64,000 nucleotides of DNA from assembly GCF_964204865.1 (NCBI RefSeq), contig NC_135253.1, positions 10,230,001 through 10,294,000 of the forward strand, written 5' to 3'. The translations under genes and the position numbers were made by a program. The DNA comes from Styela clava. Its lineage: Eukaryota. The notes under the pieces were generated by a model. It made no database searches. It was not told the DNA's origin and worked only from the letters and a program-made list of their open reading frames with translations. This document shows positions 59,554 through 64,000 of this stretch, piece after piece. Every line of letters starts with the position of its first letter. Positions within the stretch are counted from its first letter, which is position 1.

Positions 59554-61411
59554 ACTTTTTGATTACAATGGATTCCAGTTTATAAATATCTTGATATTTT
59601 ATTCACATTCATACATGACATTCCTCAAAACAATTTTTCTATATATATATAATAGTACATCATAGTAATATTATGTGGTTATTAGTATATTGTTTATAGT
59701 GCATATCATTTCATCAGCATTTATGGGTAAAATTGAGTTGGCATGAATTACCTGTTACCTGCTTTCAATCAGGGTTTAACTGAAATTTTCTAGTCGGTTG
59801 TTCTCGACCTTGAAAGTATTCTGTATCATTTACTTAATTCTTCTTTACATGCCGAATAGAGTTTGTTTACCTGTTTATTATGACTCCCATTGTTTGAAAT
59901 ATTAATAAAGGGAATTATTTTTTATTTCACATTCAGTTCTGCAGTTCCGTAAATGCAAATATTTTTAGCTGAAAGTCCTTCAAAACTATGCTTCACAAGA
60001 ATTCTATGTAATACACATGACAAGTATAGAAATATTGTCAACTGGGATGTATTAATTGACATGGTTTAAATTTATATAATTTTTTTGAGTTATTTAGGGA
60101 AACTAACATGCTGACTGTGATAAGCTGGGAATCAAGTCTTATATTATACCTCCACTTAACTTGTTTAGTCATATATATATATATTAAACGTTTTTTGTTA
60201 AATATGGTCTATTAACTTGACTTTCCCTAATTTTAGCAGCTTCTTTGTAGCTTGCCTAATCTTATTTAATTTTTTTTTATATTTCTTCCTCAATCGTTTT
60301 TGCCTGTATTACGTTTCATGTACATAGATAAGTGCCAAAGTGTGCAATAATTAAATAAATTTCAAGTATATTTGGTTCATGTTTAAACTTTCCAAGATAT
60401 CAAAAGGTTAATTGTGCTTTATGGTTGTAGTTAAGTGAAGTTTCCGCAAAAGTATGGGTTTTTATGTACTGTTGTCTTTATAAAAAAAATAAGGGACAGG
60501 TGGACATCGGATAAATTCTTAAGTTGCTTAGAATGGAAAAAAATACGCCAGTTCATGTTCTTCGCGCCAACCTTTACTAACTTTTGTCACCAATAGAAGT
60601 AAAGTTTTTGTTTCGCATGAAAATCAGAAACTCATCTCGCGAGAGATACTACTTACCGGTACCTCCAATAACATCGCTTCTCGTCATATTCTGCAAATAG
60701 GTGCTACGGAAAGTTATTCCTTGTATGATGCAAAACGCAGTTTTCTTTTACAATGATATTTTGAAGAACATGATTTCAATGCAATTCATACACAATGTCG
60801 GAAGTTAATTTGAATTATCTAGTTTCCTTAACCTTCCTCCGTGTAACTGGCTTCATACCGGTACCAATTGATTCCTCAAAGCGCAACTCGAACCTCATAA
60901 CGAATTAGTAAACAGACTAACTCCAGTTTCGGTATTCGCCCAGCACTAGCAGCGTCTCTGCTGACCGCCCGAGTTATTTACACAAGTCTTATTTATCATC
61001 GCACCGTTATCACGGACGATTTTATTTACCCTCACCGGTGAATTGCTGTCAGTTAGGCGGGTTAAACCCAAAAGACCGTAAAGTGGCATGGATTACAAAA
61101 TTGTTTAGGATAAGGATGAAAGATTCATCCTTATGAAAACAGAACGGGGTATGAAAGAGTTAAATGACATTTGGGCGCTAAACTACTTAGCTAAACATAT
61201 GATACATATAGAATCATTGCTGTCGACAAAAACTTCATTGCGAAAAAGTAAAACGATAAACAACGTGCTTGCAATGGTTAGACTAGCAATGACACAATTG
61301 TGCAGATAGTTAGCTGTTATTCAGACCAGTCATTTAAAAAGCAGTATTTTTGTAGTCTAACTCTAGAAATAAGATAGTTTCTTAAAAATTCTTTTCCGTG
61401 GTAAATAAAAG

Positions 61412-61470
61412 ATGAAGCTCACCCTCACAGGAATCGTCCCTGCTGCATTCACACCAATGCAAGATGATGG
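61412..61470 (+). CDS. NPL: N-acetylneuraminate lyase paralogue 2, first coding exon only (remainder presumably beyond the retrotransposon, outside the window)
   Basis: MKLTLTGIVPAAFTPMQDDG has 15/20 identities with exon 1 of paralogue 1, the same 59-nt length and the same phase-2 boundary. Confidence 0.85.
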
Positions 61471-61471
61471 G

Positions 61472-61689
61472 TGTTATATCTTTATAACAAGTAATGAATA
61501 CAGACTCATTACAAAACTGCACGCGATTTATTTGGACATCCGTCCGTCAACTTAGTTCAGAACAAAAGACCTCTAAACAGAGGAAAAACAACTTACGGCA
61601 CTAGACAGCATTGTGACGTAACAATATAGCACACAAGCAGATAGAGTAGTAAACAAGCTATGATAGTAAGCTCAACTTAATATATAACA
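61472..61689 (-). repeat. 3' LTR (218 bp) of a Ty3/Gypsy element
   Basis: TGTTATAT...ATATAACA inverted termini; on the minus strand it is preceded by the polypurine tract AAAAAGGGGGGAAGGAG (from 61690) and contains AATAAA (TTTATT at about 61527). Confidence 0.9.
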
Positions 61690-61909
61690 CTCCTTCCCCC
61701 CTTTTTGGAAATATTGTACAAATTCAAGAACCAAATATTAAAAATAAATGTACAACACAATTACCCGAATTCCAACATTCCCAATCAAATGGTATAAAAT
61801 ATTGCAAAAACAAATATACAAGCAACGTACAGAATTTCACAAAGAAACTAAGAAATTCAAAGAAACTTTTATAACTATAATTCTGTCCAGTACAAAATTA
61901 TAAAACTTC

Positions 61910-64000
61910 TTATAGAGATAGTTTTTCTGGCGGTTTTGATATTCTGCCAGATCTTGTTTTATAAGGTATGTTTGAATTACTGGACGATTCTGGAAAATTA
62001 GGAACTGGGTCTACATTGTCTCTGTCATTTTGAGATTCATCAGTCTCTTCAGTAGCAGTAGAGGTAGGAGTTGAATTTCTATCTCCCACATCAACATCAG
62101 GTATTCCTGTTGGAATTGCAGCTGGTATTCTCTCACTCATTCTAAAATCTTGATTTCCTTCACGTACCATTACATCATCAGCAGAAAATCGATGTCGAAT
62201 ATGATCGAGATGACGTCTAAAAATTCTTCCATCGTTCAAACGAACACGACACATTTGACCCATAACTTCAGTTACTGTGGCAGGTAACCATTTGAAACGA
62301 GATCCAACGACTTCTGTAATAAAAACTGGGTCATCAATGTGAAAAGTTCTTATTATTCCACTTGGAACATTCTCTGCTGACTTCTTCAAACGTGATGAAG
62401 GTGCGATTAGATCAAGATGCGTTCTAATCTTACGACGAAAAAGTAATTCCGACGGAGTCTGACCAGTCGTTGTATGTGGTGTAGTTCGGTATTTAAATAA
62501 CCACCGAACAAGTCTGACTGACAAAGATGCTGGTGCTTGTTTCTTCAATCCAAGTTTAACTTGTTTTACCATTGATTCAGCTTGGCCATTAGAAGCCGGA
62601 TGTCTCGGTGGTGAAAACAAGTGCTTCACTCCATTTGCCTTCAGAAATGTTGCAAATTCGTCACCTGCAAAACAACCAGCGTTGTCAGTGACTACAACTA
62701 GTGGTCCATGTGTAGCAAATGAAAGTCTGACTTTTTCAATAGTTTCATGAGCAGAAACTGAAGATGTAATCCACACATCTGGCCATTTGCTAAACGCATC
62801 AACAATAACAAGAAGCATTTTCCCATCAACTGGACCGGCATAGTCCATATGTATTCTTTGCCATGGACCATTAGGATAAGACCATGGGCTAGCAGGAACT
62901 TGAGGTGCACTGGGACGTAACTGTTGACACAAACTGCAAGATTTCACCAACTCTTCAATATCAGCATCAACCCCAGGCCACCATACATGATTACGAGCAA
63001 TTCTTTTCATAGAACAAATACCAGGATGACCATCGTGAAGTAATTGCAACACTTTCTGTCTTCCTTGTGGCGGAATAATTACTCGACAACCCCAAAATAA
63101 ACAATTTTCATGGACACTTAGTTCCGTCTCTTTGCTTCTATAAATTTGTAATTCTGGGTCTATGTCAGAAGATTTTGGCCAACCCATTTGAGTATGATGC
63201 ATAACTGCGGACAGTACAGGATCTCTTCTCGTCCAAGACTGAATTGCATCAACTTTAACAAGGGTAGAATCGACTGCTTCAAGAAGATTCACTACATCAC
63301 CACAAGGCGGTATATAATCCGGTTTAACAGGCAAAGGCAAACGACTTAGTGCATCGCTATTGGCTTGGTTTTTACCTGGAACATACACTAATTCGTATTG
63401 ATATCCATCAAGTAATACTTTCCAACGGATCATTCTCGGTGGAGCTGCATCAGGAAGTGGCTTATTCTTCCCAAGTAAACCGAGAAGTGGCTTGTGATCA
63501 GTTTCCAAAACAAACGGTCTTCCATATAAAAATGAATGGAACTTTGTAACAGCGAATACTAGAGCTAATCCCTCTCTGTCCAATTGGCTATAATTACGCT
63601 CTGGTTTTGACAAAGATCTGGATGCAAAAGCCACAGGACGTTCTCCTTCCTGCGTTATTACAGATAAAACTGCTCCGATTCCATAAGGACTGGCATCTGC
63701 AGAAACAATGACGGCGGCATTTCCGTCAAAATGAGCAAGGCATGGAGCATTACACAATAGCGATTTCGTTTTCTTAAAAGCTTCCACTTGCCTTTTATTC
63801 CAGTGCCATCGAACATTCGAACGAAGAAGTTCATACAAAGGAGCAGCAACAGTTGATAAATTTTTAATGAATTTACCATAATAATTAAGCATCCCCAGAT
63901 ATGAGCGCAACTGATGTATATTTTGTGGTTCTGGGACATCCAGAACAGCTCTCAGATTATCTTCAGTTGGTTGAACTCCAAGTTTATTTATACGATATCC
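61910..64000 (-). CDS. pol: Pol polyprotein C-terminal part (RT thumb, RNase H, integrase)
   Basis: LRSYLGMLNYYGKFI; ADASPYGIGAVL..RPVAFASR..NYSQLDREGLALVFAV..TDHKPL..NSDALSR; HHCC finger (LHDGHPG..CSLC); catalytic HMDYAG / TDNAG / QAESMV; tail TRSGRISKPPEKL. The frame is open; the track's start at 63910 is internal. Confidence 0.95.
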   Translation of the reverse strand, partial: GYRINKLGVQPTEDNLRAVLDVPEPQNIHQLRSYLGMLNYYGKFIKNLSTVAAPLYELLRSNVRWHWNKRQVEAFKKTKSLLCNAPCLAHFDGNAAVIVSADASPYGIGAVLSVITQEGERPVAFASRSLSKPERNYSQLDREGLALVFAVTKFHSFLYGRPFVLETDHKPLLGLLGKNKPLPDAAPPRMIRWKVLLDGYQYELVYVPGKNQANSDALSRLPLPVKPDYIPPCGDVVNLLEAVDSTLVKVDAIQSWTRRDPVLSAVMHHTQMGWPKSSDIDPELQIYRSKETELSVHENCLFWGCRVIIPPQGRQKVLQLLHDGHPGICSMKRIARNHVWWPGVDADIEELVKSCSLCQQLRPSAPQVPASPWSYPNGPWQRIHMDYAGPVDGKMLLVIVDAFSKWPDVWITSSVSAHETIEKVRLSFATHGPLVVVTDNAGCFAGDEFATFLKANGVKHLFSPPRHPASNGQAESMVKQVKLGLKKQAPASLSVRLVRWLFKYRTTPHTTTGQTPSELLFRRKIRTHLDLIAPSSRLKKSAENVPSGIIRTFHIDDPVFITEVVGSRFKWLPATVTEVMGQMCRVRLNDGRIFRRHLDHIRHRFSADDVMVREGNQDFRMSERIPAAIPTGIPDVDVGDRNSTPTSTATEETDESQNDRDNVDPVPNFPESSSNSNIPYKTRSGRISKPPEKLSL

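Larger units (their letters stand above)
61472..64000 (-). mobile_element. Ty3/Gypsy LTR retrotransposon (Mag-like), continues past the right edge
   Basis: RT-RNaseH-integrase domain order, PPT and LTR. Confidence 0.95.

Noticed and set aside
62698-63939. Short ORFs overlapping pol
   Set aside because: Alternative-frame or antisense shadows of pol.

Overview
AT-rich eukaryotic DNA with compact, intron-rich genes (introns mostly 0.1-1.2 kb). It is probably from an invertebrate deuterostome such as an ascidian; this is inferred from gene structure and repeat content and is not verified. Gene order: CEP128-like (-; 3' end unresolved at the left edge), head-to-head with WDR83 (+); WDR83 convergent with intronless ANKRD40 (-); ANKRD40 head-to-head with a 117-aa helical ORF that resembles fungal kinetochore Cnl2/Nkp2; then ABCD4 (+); a secreted Thr-rich/YWTD beta-propeller/EGF protein with no membrane anchor (-, with micro-exons and a GC-AG intron); an uncharacterised 3-exon gene (+) whose start is tandemly duplicated; a complete N-acetylneuraminate lyase (NPL); and exon 1 of a second NPL paralogue whose splice donor is hit by a Ty3/Gypsy (Mag-like) LTR retrotransposon running off the right edge. 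Non-coding DNA holds many non-autonomous elements: hAT MITEs with 8-bp TSDs, a tRNA-derived SINE with an (ATCCT)n tail, a 5-6-bp-TSD TIR family with telomere-like and YY1-like motifs, Helentron/DINE-like elements and a foldback array. Best leads: the Nkp2-like ORF with its CDE/CHR-type promoter and possible co-transcription with ABCD4, the LTR that rebuilds the GT donor of NPL-2, and the soluble LRP-like module. All exon models were spliced by hand and all homologies come from recalled family features, not database searches.
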